Source: Isurus oxyrinchus
Lineage: Eukaryota
Reading direction: 5' to 3'
Assembly (NCBI GenBank): GCA_026770705.1
Contig: JANJGN010000009.1
Coordinates: 122,636,001 to 122,700,000, forward strand
DNA length: 64,000 bases
The position numbers were made by a program, and so were the translations under genes. This document shows positions 49,885 through 63,230 of this stretch, piece after piece; the stretch's first letter is position 1; each line of letters starts with the position of its first letter. The notes under the pieces were generated by a model, which had not been told where the DNA came from, ran no database searches, and was given only the letters and a program-made list of their open reading frames with translations.

Positions 49885-50440
49885 ATACGAACATACGAAC
49901 AAGGAGCAGGAGTAAACCATTCAGCCCTTCGAGGCTGCTCCACCATTTAACGAGATCATGGCTGATCTGATAGTGACCTGAAATTTGCATTCAGCCTACC
50001 CCTGGTAACCTTTCACCCCCTTGCTTATCAAGATTCTATCCACCTCTGCTTTAAGAGTATTCAAAGACTCTACTTCCACTGCCTTTTCAGGAAGAGAGTT
50101 CCAAAGACTCATTACCCTCTGAGAGAAAAAAGTTGCCTCATCTCCATTTTAAATGAGCAACACCTTATTTTTAAACAGTGACCCCTGGTTCTAGATTGTC
50201 CCTCAAGAGGAAACACCCTCTCCACATCCACCTTGTCAAGACCCCTTATATATTGCAATCAAATTGCCTCTTACTCTTCTAAACTCCAGCAGATGCAAGC
50301 CTAGTATGTCCAACCTTTCCCCGTAACACAACCCGCCCAATCCAGTTATTAGTCCTGTAAACCTTCTCTGAACTGCTTCCAACGCATTTACATTCTTCCT
50401 TAAATAAGGTGACCAATACTGTACACAGTACTCCAGACGT
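49885..50440 (-). mobile_element. CR1 3' fragment
   Basis: Homologous to 30510-31070, with a (gaacatac) tandem tail. Confidence 0.82.
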
Positions 50441-50519
50441 AACTCATTGTCCAGTTGGGCATCTATTTAAATGAGAAAACACAGCATCAAGAGATAATTT
50501 CTTTGTCACAGCACTTAAA

Positions 50520-50940
50520 GTGTCAGCGATGGCTCAATTGGCAGCACTCTCACCTCTAAGTCAGAAGGTTATGGATTCATCATGCCAGAGACTTGAGCAG
50601 ATAATCTGGGCTAACACACTAGGCAAGGCAAAACTAAGAGTGTATTGCATTGTCAGAGTTGCTGCCTTTCAGCTGAGACATTACACAAGACCCTCTTGGC
50701 TATTTCAGGTTGATATAGTGCTATGTTGTAGAAGACTAGGGGAGTCTTCCTAAAGTCCTGGTCAGCTCCTCAACTCATATTATTAAAATAGATTATCTGG
50801 CAATTATCTTGTTTGGTGTGTGTTGTGTGCACCTTGCTGTGTATAAATTAGCTGCCACGTTTTCTAAATTACAACAGGGAATTCAAAGAGTACTTGGTTG
50901 ATTGTAAAGTGCTTTGTGACATCTGAGGTTGTGAAAGCTC
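50520..50940 (+). mobile_element. Deu-domain-type SINE
   Basis: tRNA-like head (tggctcaattgg..ggattca); reverse-complement homologue of 13870-14290. Confidence 0.6.
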
Positions 50941-51109
50941 TTTCTTTTATTTTTGTGCTCAGGAGGGAATCTTTCTGCAAGAACTCCTGTCAACAAAGCA
51001 TCAGGACCCTCTGTTAAATAAGGAAGCATGATAACAAGAGCCCCTTTCAAGGGATGTCCTCCTTCTGCATTCAGTTAAGTGGGAGTTTCACTCTCAAGAT
51101 CTCTTGTTA

Positions 51110-51201
51110 AAGAGAGAATGTCTCTATTGGGAAAGCCAGTAATAGGTCTGCCAGCATCGCAAAAATAGGTTAAGGTTTCAGGTGAGACCCTTCAACAGAA
51201 C
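51110..51201 (-). mobile_element. Penelope-like terminus fragment with hammerhead-like motif
   Basis: The minus strand of 51169-51201 reads gtt-CTGTTGA-a-gggt(ctc)acct-GAAA-cctt-aac. The adjacent aggtctgccagcatc matches the PLE arm. Confidence 0.55.
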
Positions 51202-51204
51202 ACC

Positions 51205-51627
51205 CTGGACAATGAACATCTCGGGGCATTCAACCAAAATCCTTCTAGTGCAAGGAACTGTCCACGGGCAGTTGTTGCAGACTAGCACATTCCTCAGTCC
51301 AGAATTCCATACTGAGGAACTGATTAAAGCTTGGAGCAGCTGCTGCAAAGACTCAATGGGGTAAGTCCATTGTCTAGGACCCCACACTGAGGGGCTGGAA
51401 CCAATGTAAAACCCCTCAGCCTGTAAGCCCCAGAGGATATTTAACATGAATTGCAAACTGTAAATATAACCTGTAATTGTAAACGTAGTGAAACGCCACA
51501 GAGTGTCATGTACTGTGTTGAGAGAAATTGAACTGTATCGCGCTTGATGTAATGTCAGTTTTGAACTGTTATGTAACATACACTTACAAAATTTTTGAAT
51601 AAAGCATGATTTTTGATTTTAAAAAAG
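51205..51627 (+). mobile_element. Tx1/L1-clade 3' fragment
   Basis: CCRLAHSSVQNSILRN*LKLGAAAAKTQWG resembles a Tx1 ORF2 C-terminus; AATAAA plus A-tail at 51598-51627. Confidence 0.7.
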
Positions 51628-52837
51628 TTTGATCAAAATTCACCATGTTCTGATCCATGGTTCACACTTTCCAGCGGAGGCCAAAGGGTAGCGATCAGGA
51701 ACTGCAACTCATGTTCCTTGGATGATCTTTCCTCTCCCGAAATTAAAGGTTTCAACAGCAGTTGTAGCCCCTCTGTTACCACCCTACTTGGCAACAACTG
51801 AGTGTAGGTTGGGGACTAAACCTGAACAGTGCCCTTACCAGTTCAATACCGTATTGGGCAGCCTGTGACATTTAACCTGTGAGTTATTCAGGAATCTCTC
51901 TTTCTACTTTCTATTTATTTCCCCCCTTTGGTTTTGATCTTTTCCTTTATCTCGCCTTTCTCTCCCTAACTATTTTATCTCCATTCCCACATGATTTCCC
52001 TTGTATATTGTCCACTGTAACAGCTGAGCAAACACATTTTCACCATTTACTAAAAGCACTTTTAATCCACCAACAGCTGCCTTTTCTGTGCAAAATCCAA
52101 CTGGCAAGTCAAGATGGGAGTTTCAGCCAATAATAAGTAAATCCAAGCTTCAGTGTGTAACCATTAAAACAGTTTCACTGCATTGCGGTACATTCAGTAC
52201 CTGCATACTGACATTCAAACCTGCACAGTCCACTACTTGGCTTATAGCACTGTATACAGACACTTTTAATAGCACTTTTTTTCAGTAATTGGGACTGCAG
52301 CAAAACCGTGAGCAAGCAGGATTGGGAAGCTACTGGAGCAACACAGGCCCAATGAACCAAACCCTCGTGCTCACCTTCAAATTTGAGGTGTGGCAGCCTG
52401 CCTCACAGTGCTGGTAAAGCTTCACGGAGATGTCATTTATTTTACAGTAGAATTATGTGAGGTGATATACTTATATATCCAACTGAGAGTGGTGATTGCC
52501 CCTAAAGTCATGTGATTACATAAACAGTATCTGGAAGTCGCTACTTCTCGACTTGGCGAGTGAGCAGCGGTCATATTTCCTGGTTGCTGCTGGCTTTGTG
52601 GAGGTCAGGGCAGCCAATGCCTTAAGCTAGCTGAAGGTCATTGCAATAACGGATTTTTGAGCAGTCTGTCCAGTATTAGAGGATCTAAACCAGTGGCGTT
52701 GGCCGGAGCAAGGAAGGTACCAGAGTTCTCATTCCTGATCGTTATGCAGCAATGGAAGTGGATTTTCTGGACCTTACTGCAATATATATACAATTACTTC
52801 CATGGTTCAAGTGAATTGCGTCTGTACTATTCGGGTT

Positions 52838-53054
52838 TGTAAGGGTTAACATACGGGACTGTGTGAAATAGCACCTCCCATATTGATGATGTGAGAGAAC
52901 ACATGAAAAGTCATGGAAAGAATGTTCATGGCTTCAGCAATGTAACACTTAGACACATGGATAGCTGTGCATAGTTCAGTTGTATCTAATAAATCAGTTA
53001 TTGCTCAGACAAACTGATGCCTCGGCAATCTTTCCTCAGCTAGACTAACCAACA
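52838..53054 (+). mobile_element. Possible short solo LTR
   Basis: TGT...AACA ends with an internal AATAAA; no clear TSD. Confidence 0.4.
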
Positions 53055-53714
53055 TTTGATAGTGTCCATTTGGAAAAGGTGCTGAAGTGTGTTCGATACT
53101 TTAGAACTGTTTCCTAGCAAGGAGTCAGAAGAGAGGAGGAGGTCACATTATGAGCAATGATGCAATGCTTATGATAAGAAGCTGAGCTTCCTTACGGGTT
53201 AACTGAACTGCCATTTTGTTGCTGCACATTAACCTTGACTGTAGTAACCTAGGCCCATCAGTGAAAACTGCTGCGCCTATACATCTGATTGTGTTCTCCT
53301 TTCCTATTTTAGTCTAGTGGCCCAATTCCATTTTTAGAAACGCTGTCTGCGGCAATCAGATCAGTGGCAGAGTTTGAGCCATAAACTTTCATTGCCAGTG
53401 AAACTCTATCAAGGGCCAACTCTGATCTGCTTCATCATTGAAATGTGATTTCACTTTGGCAGGTCTAATCCAGGAATCCTTCTAGAACAAAGAGTTGGTG
53501 GAACCAAACAACTGAGTCCTTACAATAGCCAAAGGGCAATTATTTTAGTGAAAACAGACACAAAATGGGTGCTATGATAATAAAACACATTGTTTGATGG
53601 TTTCTGCATGCAATTTGCTGATTGACATAGTTTGAATTTGCCTGAAGGCAATAAAACAGACAACTGTAGGTGTAGCAGTCAAGCACTGATTAAAAGTGAT
53701 ATTTGTGGAGCAGT

Positions 53715-55217
53715 TAAGGTTGCCAACCCTCCTGAAGTCTCCAGGAATTGAAGATTGTTGTGAGCAGCCCCGTACGAGGTCCCCAATTTGTTAAATTCCT
53801 ATATGAGGTCCCCAATTTATTATGACTGGGATGGGACCCCAATTTTGTTATGATCCCTGGTGAGGAGGAATGAGCTGGCTCTCATCTTTGTTCAACCTCC
53901 TTGGATGGTCACACAAGGTTAGTTTAAAAATCCTTTCCCCATGGATACCTTTTCCCAGTCCAAAGATATTTACTTTTTATAAGGAGCCAATTTAACTAGG
54001 ATTTTTTGAGTCAAAGGAAGAATAATTTTATTAATTACTAAAACCCAAGGAAAAATATGACACATGCATGCACACAAACACACATATCAAAAATGAGAAG
54101 TTAAGAGTCCAAATAAAAGTTTATAAGTATATGAATCAGTCCTTGGCTTGTCCATGAGGTGTAGATGGTGGCATGTTGCAGCTCTTAAGTTGGGTGATTT
54201 CAGTGGAGCTGACTTTGGCATATTCGCTGTCTTTTGGAGACACTTCTTGGCTTGTCCCAGGGGAAAGAATCCTGGTTCTCTCTGCAGGTTAACTGAAGGA
54301 GCTGCCCTATTTCCTATTTGCTTATGGTTTCTGCTAAAATCTTGCCTCCAGCATGCAAGAGATAGTGAGAAAAATGCCTGCTTGTCTTTGCAGGGGTGAC
54401 TACCTGATGTTTCTTTTTGTTTTTGTCAATAACAAACACTAGTCTGCAGCCATCTTTTTAATCCATTTTTCTTGTGTATTGCTGGGATGGGAAATAGTCA
54501 TGTCCTGTGCCCAGAGTCATTTTTCTCTCATCTCACACCAATTTATACATTCTGAGATATAAATCAGCAGGAGATGGATTTATGAATGACTGCTGAGATG
54601 TGGGAATCAGTTTCCATTGTCTCCGCAAACAAAGGAGACTAAAAGTCCAGTCTTTTTTTCATCATATCTCCCTTTCAAGTAGTTCTCTGAAGTAGGCATT
54701 GGCACCTGATCAGGTGTGACATTCCATGTTCTCTCAGGACAGGTCTGTCAGGATAATCCATATAGGAATTTTCCAGAAAGTGGTCACTTTACATTTTAGC
54801 CATATTTTGATCAGTTTTTACTTGCATTTCTTTTAAAAATACCCATCTTCCTTAAAAAAAAATGCAACATGCCCTTAGGCAGTTGGTAGCTGTAGTCTGC
54901 TGTCGTGACAAGATCAATCTCCAGGACACTGTTGTGTGGAGAAAAATCACTGGGACATTAAAAAAAGAATTTTTTTGGTCATTTTCTTTGAACATTTCTT
55001 GTTACCAGATATAAAATTATTGAAAATGGAAAAATAGGCTGTTTGGCTTACAGTTAGGCTTCATCCAAGTGGGCAATGAGTATTTTTGCTTTCCAACTGG
55101 CAGAGGAAAGCAGTGTGTCACAAGGATGGATTTGTTGGCTGACTAATGACTGAAGGGTGGAGACACGTCATGTGATGAAACCTCCAGGGATACATTTAAT
55201 CATAGCTGGCAACCATA
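53715..55217. mobile_element. hAT-like MITE interrupted by an LTR
   Basis: TIRs TAAGGTTGCCAAC / GCTGGCAACCATA. Confidence 0.65.
53756..54910 (-). mobile_element. Solo LTR (1155 bp)
   Basis: TG...CA ends, perfect TSD AGAT, and minus-strand AATAAA near 54027. Confidence 0.78.
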
Positions 55218-55903
55218 GGAGCAGTATATGTGGGCTTCACATACCCACTGAAGGTTTGGAGAGCACTGGCTGATACACAGCGGCTGGTCTCCGGTGAGAG
55301 GGCACATAGATGTTCGGGTGCAGCACTGGAGGCCTGGAGGAGGAAGGCCAGAGGAGGAGGGATGTCCTATACCTGCGGGGGAAAAGAGTCCGCCTCACTC
55401 TACTGCCGCTATGCTTTGCCACACAACTTCCCCCCATTCCCCCTGAAGATCCTGGCAAGAGGCTGATGATTAAACACATTATTACTCTTGGTCACTCCTA
55501 TAAGATGTTCAATAAGGTAGAGTTACACAGCATTTATGCTTTTTAAGAGAAGTCGTCAGAGAATTTCTAGAATAAATATTACTTTAATGTAGTTGAAGCC
55601 TTGACAAAGGGTCCCAGAAAGTCTCCCAATGTGTTTCAAAAGCTCTTTTCAAACATTCAGCAGCAAGTGAACAGTGATAGGTGAGAATGGCTTTAAATAG
55701 CATTCAAAATCCACAGCAACAGCTTGTTTACTCCTAATCAGCTGGTCTCTGTTTAGAGAGGGCATTCAGTCAAGCACTACCCACCAAAATGCCATGCAAC
55801 CTCGTTCATGAGCACTAGTAGGCCATTTAAGTGGCAATTAGCTGCTTAACAATCATCTGGGAGGCTGGTCCTAGTGAGCATTTCAACGCTTTTATCAAGT
55901 TAG

Positions 55904-56014
55904 TGGCTAGAATTTTCCAGACCCTCACGCCAGCAGGATCTTCCAGTCCCGCCGATGTAAACAAATATTTCAATGGCCTACTGGCCCCGCCAAAGGGGAG
56001 CTGGAAAATTCAGG
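55904..56014. mobile_element. Short Harbinger-type MITE
   Basis: TIRs ggctagaattttcc / ggaaaattcaggc. Confidence 0.55.
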
Positions 56015-56269
56015 CTACTGTCTTGTGCTAAATGCAAATTAAAGCAGCGTTTCGGCTCAGGATCCTAGCTTAGCCATCTCTTTGACACCTGAACGAACAG
56101 GCAAAACCATTCCAAAGTTTCCTGTCCATTGCCCGCAAAGTTCTTAATGTGCAGTTACATTAGCACAATGGGCTTAGGCTCCTTCTGAGCCAGGAAGAAG
56201 GGCTAACCAGAGATCCAACTACAGATCCAGTTATTCCCATCTGGATAGTGTAGAATTCAAGCAAAGGGA

Positions 56270-57245
56270 TGAAGAAAGCATTGAAAAAAGTTACAAGAAT
56301 GATATTAGAAATGAGGGGTATAACTGTGAGGAAAGATTAAACAGACTTGGGCTCCTAAACCTAGAAAGGGTTGGCAGCGGCATAGTGGTATTGTCACTGG
56401 GCTAGTATTCCAAAGGTAATGTTCTGGGGACCCAGGTTTAAATCCCACCACACCAGGTGGTGAAATTTGAATTCAATAAAAATCTGATGATGACCATGAA
56501 ACCATTGCCAATTGTCACCAGAAAAAGCCCATCTGGTTCATTAATGTCCTTTAGGGAGGGAAGGAAATCTTTTGGCCTACATGTGACTCCAGATTCACAG
56601 CAATGTGGTTGGCTCTTAAATACCCTCTGAACAAGGACAATTAGGGATGGGTAGTAAATGCTGGCTGAGCCAGTGATGCCCACATCCCATTAACAAATGA
56701 AAAAAAAGAAAGAATGGGGGATGTCCTATTAGATTTTTTTTAAATTATGAAGAAATTCAATTACATAGATGTAGAAGTTTTCACTTGTGGGGAAATCCAA
56801 AACTGGGAGCCATGAACGTAAGATAGTCACTAACAATTCCAATAAGGAATTCAGGAGAAATCTCTTCACTCAAAGAACAAAAAACAAAGAAAAGTACAGC
56901 ACAGGAACAGGCCTTCTGGCCCTCCAAGCCTGTGTTGATCATATTGCCCATCATTTAAAACATTTTGCACTTCCGGGGTCCGTATCCCTCTATTCCCATC
57001 CTATTCATGTATTTGTCAAGCTACTCTTAAACACAAAGAGCGGCATTTGCTACCACAGGGAGCAATGACAGTTTGGATGCATTGAGGAGAAGATAGAAAA
57101 GTACTTGAAGGTGAAAGGAATAGAAGTATATGTTGGAGCTGTGGGATGAAGTAGGGTAGGAGGACGATTGTCTGGAGCATAAATGCAGCTTAGACCTGTA
57201 CAGCCAAATGGATATTTCTGTACTGTATAATTCTATATAATTCTG
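56270..57245 (+). mobile_element. Old CR1 3' end with nested SINE (56370-56708) and an inverted CR1 tail (56873-57030)
   Basis: KEFRRNLFTQR is interrupted by (aaagaac)n and a reverse CR1 3'UTR. The SINE has A/B boxes and an A-tail. Confidence 0.75.
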
Positions 57246-57274
57246 TTGCGATAGTGTTGGTTACAGAACTCTTC

Positions 57275-57520
57275 TGTTAAAGAAGTGTTTGTAATCCTCT
57301 GTATGTTAACAGCAAGTCTTTATTAACTCCTTGTAACTATGTACATATATACAGAAGAGGGTACAGGTGAGGAGCTATCTCCATGTCCAGGTCTTAACAC
57401 ATCTCTGTTCAACACCACACTGCACCTAGGCTCAGGTCATTTGCCTTCTTACATCACTGTGTGTGCGGTACTGTACTCTGTCCCACATTAATCCTGCATG
57501 TGTCAGACCCTTATACTATA
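57275..57520 (-). mobile_element. Possible short solo LTR
   Basis: Begins TGTT with a minus-strand AATAAA near 57319; right end uncertain. Confidence 0.35.
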
Positions 57521-60500
57521 AATTCAATGTAAATAAGGCTAGCCTTTGGTCTGATATCCACTCTCCCTGCACCACCACCCCTCCCCCCACCCTTCATCCT
57601 TACCCTCCACACCTCCAGTGATCAAATAACCCTCAAAGGCTCATTATCCCAGCTCACACAGGAAGACGATTAGTGGAAGGGGGTAACCAACAGTCATGGA
57701 ACATCACCTCAATGGGATTTAGTGTTTTGAGGAGAGGAAAGGAGAACGCTGGGCCAAAAGATACTCGTGACCATGTACCACTGTGCTAATATTGTGGGGG
57801 AATCACTGACTGGAGTTTCTGCTCTGTTTGGAGACCTGAGCTTGATAGGACTTCTAAATTGAAGTTTCTTTCAACAGTATCATAAAAAGAACAAGTTGGG
57901 CAACCGAGTCCCAGTGGTTGTCACTCCTTTGAGATAAATCCACGAGGTAAGATCTTAAAAGCAGCAGTGATTCATCAACCTCGCAGTCTGAATTCACTTC
58001 CTCTGCTTTAGGAATTCCCTGTTTAACTATGACTTAGCACCATGACTCCATCATTGCTGCATGTTCACTGAGGTATATCAATGATGGCATTCCTTTCTAA
58101 AAATGGCCACAAGGAATAGTTACCTCTTAAAAATAAAATAAATGTCTGAATCTGTCTAATTTTACCTGAAAGCTGAATTTAAAAGAGCGTTGAATACGGA
58201 ACAGCAACTGTTCTCAGATCATGCATAGGATTTTCTGACCATAATGCCTGTGAGAACAATTACACTCACCTGAAGTAGTGACCACTGTGGATACATCTGT
58301 GGGGACCAGCATTGTGGAGGGAAAGCACTGCAATATTAGCAACAAACATGTGAACAATTCCATAAAATCCCTTTGTGTGCCAAATTAACTAAATGAAACA
58401 AGAGCATTTGTATAGTTCACTGAGTGTAGAAAGACATTGCAAGGTGCTAAACAGAACGGTAATTGAATTAAAGGTGACACCCTATTTATTTTTACAGCTT
58501 TTTGGCCCTGTGTTTCCTCAGAACCCTTCCACCCATATTTGGAACACATTTCTGCCCATTTCCCTCAGCTAGGTTGGAGCCTGAAGGCAGAATGAGCCAC
58601 AGTTGATCCACCTGATTTTGTGCAAAATATAAAGAAATCAGCAAAAGGATTTTCATTGGCAGCAGAGCTGTTGGGTGGAATTTCCCAGGCAAGGGGTTTG
58701 GTTGTGTGCCAGAATTTGAATCCCCTAAAAGTAATTTCACTCACAGGGTTTCCACAGGTGCAGGTGGTCATGGACAATTTTCCCTCTAATACTTTTTTGG
58801 TTTGCACCAGATCAGTGGAGGTATCTCAGCAAAGCTCTCTAATTAATCAAACAGGTGCCCGACATGCAACGGTCCCACCATCAGCAGGATCTAAGATACA
58901 CCCTGTAAGGATCAAAGAAATCCGTCCATTGTCTGAGCAGATAAAAGCAATCGATTCCAGAGGGTTTGGGACCCATCAGTTGCTGAAGATTCCTGTAACG
59001 ACTTGATGTACCGGACACGTTTCAACAAGAAAAGATAACTCCATTACAGAGAGCTTTTCAGATGCTACGTGCTTGAACCAGGCCCCTGACCAAAAAGCCC
59101 CACACCACTCCCCGGATTACCCATGCTTAGGGCTCACTGGTCAGAGCCTCCAAGAACAATCACATGACATCTGAGAGGCAGTAGAAAAGGGTATACCTTC
59201 AGTTACTACAGTTCCACTGAGGCCTACAGAGGAACTAATGAATAGAATTTCTGAGGGAAGGCCTTGAACCTTCCTAGTCATGATCCTACACTTGGGGGCA
59301 GACAGAACATTTATTCACAGTCCCCTCCCTTTCTGGAATTTAAAGGGCTAATGCAAACAGAGAGGAAACTCCTAGCCTCCTGAGTGGAAAGCTTGCTTTC
59401 CATCATTCTAGCATCAGGAATCTCAGCCTCTTGATTGCTAATGGAAAGAGGTATTCACACAATTGTGCTAACACATTGGTTACTAACAGTACACTGCACA
59501 CCCTGTTGAAGCCTAAGGTGAGGCAGTTAACAGCTATGCACCTTACCAGCTCACCATTAGACAATACAGTAGTATTAACTCCCCAACTCAAGTATCACAT
59601 TCTGCTGTCAGAAAAGTCAAGCTTGAGGTAACTCACATCTTCATTAGGCTTTCTGCTGAATTGAAGATCTTAAGTAAAAATCTCCATTATCAGTATTCCC
59701 TAAAACCAACTGGATCGTTTCTGTACTGAGATTTACCTCGCTACAAAATCTTGGCTCTTTCTAATTATCTGTTTAAATACGTTAGGTTGACAAAAGATGC
59801 TGTGGGATAGTCACTGGATAAAAGCTAACTATTATTCAAGCCTATCGAAGGTGGCAAATTCTCTGTAATTCATTACTCGAGGAAGCCATGTACTCTGTCA
59901 GGTCACAAATCACTTTGTGTCGTTTCAGGGCAGATGACAAAGAAGCAGCCAATTCAGACAGGGCTGATGGTGTAATCTGGGTATGCAGGAGAAGGAATGA
60001 AAGAGCTATAATGTCACAGTCGGTAACAATGTCAACCCACCATCATTGCATCAAGACCCCTTGTGTAGCACAGTGCTTTCCTGATGGTCAAAGTGCTTAA
60101 ATGAGAAACCAAACATTGTACAGACTGGGGCTGTCACAGGTTCACTGGTTTAGCTGGGCACTGCCATTGATTACAAGGGTCCATTTCAATACTTTGAACA
60201 AACAAGTGAGCTTATATTGAGTGCATGTTCATAGTCCGTTCAATAGGCAAAATGAGTAAATGATTTAATTTGTTTAATCCACCAGAACAATTCTGACCAT
60301 CAGTGAATTATCACATGCATTCCCAGCACTCAAAAATGGCCTCCAATAATATCAGACAATGTTCCCTGATTTCATTGCTGAATTAAACACCAACTGCAAA
60401 TAAAAATGTGTTTACCAGGCTGTCCAGCTGTTCAATTGGACACAGGATTGGCTGAAACCTCCCATTTCCCATGAACTCAGTAACTCACCTGGCACTGCTC

Positions 60501-61071
60501 CTCGGGCAGTTTGTTTCTACCTGTAACTTCCAACTGATAGAGCAGCCAGTGCTCAGCACATTTGTGATTCCTGCAATAAGATAGTGATATTTGCTTATTG
60601 CTGTTAACTAGATCTTTCGTGATTCATTTCCAAACGCTTTTACTCTGACCTTTTGCTAAGTTTCGATGAAGTGAATCATCTCGCAGCAGAGTATCAAGTC
60701 CTACAAGCTGTACCACACCCAACTGAGATTCACTCGTCGATCTCCAGAATGGAATAAATAGGCTTTCTCTTTACAATGAAATGGAGAACAGCAGCGATGC
60801 ACCATGTTATACTATACGTATCAATCTCCTCTCCTATAAATATCCATGTCTATTTCTACAGTCACCTCTACACAAGATCACCTTCCAGTTTTAGCTGGTT
60901 GCTAGACACTGGGACAAATTGTAATGTTATTGGTCCACAGTTGTTCTGTGTCTAAGAATTTTCAAGTGACAGCTGAGAATGAAGCTGCAGGGTTCTCGCA
61001 GGAAGCAGAGTTCAGGGGAACCTCCGGATACCAGTATGTTGCACTAGATATATAGAAAGATGACAACAAAA

Positions 61072-61985
61072 TCATAAAGCACATAAGAAAAGGAATAGGA
61101 GCAGGAGTAGGCTATTCAGCCCATCAGATCAGCCATTCAATAAGATTGAATGATCTGATTGTGGTCTTAACTCCACTTTCCTGCCTGCCCTCATAACCCT
61201 TGACTTCCTTGTAGATCAAAATTCTGTCTAACTTAGTCTTGAATATATTCTAAGTCTTGAATATATATATTGGGGAGGTGATGGCATAGTGGTATTTTCG
61301 CTGGACTAGTATCCCAGATATCCAGGGTAATGCTGTGGGGGCCAGGGTTTGAATCCTGCCACAGCAGCTGGAGAAATCTTAATTCAATTAAAAAATCTGG
61401 AACTAAAAGTACAGTGATGACCAGAAAACCATTGTCAATTGTCACAAAAACCCATCAGGTTCACTAATGTCCTTTAGCTGAACCTGTGACAGCCCCAGTC
61501 TGTACAATGCTTGGTTTCTCATTTAAGCACTTTAGGGAAGGAAATCTGCTGTCCTTCCCTGGTCTTGCCTACGTGTGACTCCAGATCCACAGCAATGTGG
61601 TTGACTCTTAAATGCCTTCTGAACAAGGTCAATTAGGGATGGGTAATAAATGCTGGCTGAACCAGCGACACCCACATCCCGTGAACGAATAAAAAAAAAT
61701 TACCTGCTTGCTGGGGAAGAGAATTCCAAACACTAACGACCCTCTGAGAGAAGAAATTCCTCCTCATCTCCATTTTAAGTGGGAGACCCCACATTTTTAA
61801 ACTGTGTCCCTTAGCTCTAGATTAATTCCCCCACGAGGGGAAACATCTGCTCAGCATCCACCTTGTCAAGCCTCCTCGGAATCTTATATGCTTCAGCAAG
61901 ATCATTTCTCATTCTTCTAAAGTCTAATGAATATAGACCCAACCTCCTCAGCCTTTCCATAACCCCACATCCCAGGAATCAGCCT
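61072..61985 (-). mobile_element. CR1 3' fragment interrupted by a tRNA-SINE (61272-61699, +)
   Basis: CR1 3'UTR sequence on both sides; the SINE is highly similar to 56370-56708. Confidence 0.8.
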
Positions 61986-62651
61986 ACGAGAAGCTGAAAA
62001 TATTTAACAGATTAGATGGAGAAGCAGAAATCAGTTAAAGTTTCAGGCCCCAAGCACCTTCCTCAAGGCTAGCAGATATTACCGATGAACAGTATTTTAA
62101 AAGGAGCACAACATGACAGGGGTGAGAAAACTGAATATAAGTGGGTAATGGTTCCAAGACCTGAAATGCCTCTTTTCATGTCCTGGTTTGCTGTGTTCAC
62201 TGATAATCTATAAACTCATAGCTGTGTTTATTTTCTTGCCCTTTCCCTGTCCCTATAGTGAGTGGATAAGCAACCCAGACCCAAATCTCTGTGAATACTC
62301 TGCCATGTGCAGGACTATGAGTTATACAGATCATCAGGATATCACTACCTTACATTGAAGATTATCTTTCATCAGAATTTGCTTGCAATGATGGTGAGGC
62401 CCATTACAAAACTGGCACAGCAACTTCAAGGCAAGAGGAAGATGCATAAATATACAAAAGTTGCTATCGGAGCTACTCCCGGCTGTTCGCTTCGCAAAAA
62501 TAACTGCATTTCACCATGGAATGTCAAAAAAATTGTTGCGTTTGTGCATTAGATATAAACCTAACTTGCTGCAGTTAGTTAAGCCTTGTCAGTTCAAGTG
62601 TAAATCTCTTTTAATGATTTGATAGATGTTAATTACAGCCAGTTAATTAAA

Positions 62652-63230
62652 GTGGGAGGTGGCGGTGTGGTAGTGATCTTACGAAATGAGTAATCCCGAG
62701 GCCCAGACTAGTGATCTGGGGAAACAGGTTCAACTCCCACCACAGCAGCTGATGGAATTTAAATTCAGTTAATAGATCTGGAATTAGAAATCTAGCGTTG
62801 GTGCAGACTCAATGGGCCAAAGGGCCTCTTCTGCACTGTGTGATTCTGTGAATAGTGACCACGGGAAGAATTTTTTGCTGAGCGAGTGGACGGGCGCTCA
62901 CCCAACACACTCAAGTATAAAATAATGCATGATGACATCTGGTGAGCGTCCCGACGTCATCGCACACTCGCGCGATATTTCAGTCGGCGGGCGCGAGTGG
63001 GAGTGGAGCCACACTTGCCATTAATTAAGAGGCCATGAAAAAGATAATTGACATTGATTTTACATTGCCCGTGCGACTTTGTGCTCGGTCATGGGCAAAG
63101 AGGGTAGCTGGCCAGCCAACAATTTGCAAAACTTCATCCACGGGCTGGATAAAAAGGGTCAGCAGCGTTGCCAGTGTGAGTAGTGAGGAGTTTGGTAGAT
63201 AGTTTGCTGCTGGTGACTATTAGTACTTGT
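62652..63230 (+). mobile_element. SINE head, short CR1 tail and the left end of a Harbinger element
   Basis: 62652-62795 is a SINE 5' part and 62798-62850 a CR1 tail. 62863-63200 begins gggaagaatttt and is homologous to 44901-45210. Confidence 0.65.

Noticed and set aside
51182-51366. Exon-like ORF ending at GG|GTAAGT
   Set aside because: Better explained as a Tx1-like ORF2 3' end in another reading frame.
60489-60570. HKCAEHWLL as a second deaminase motif
   Set aside because: I found no PCxxC partner or other deaminase features nearby; likely coincidence.
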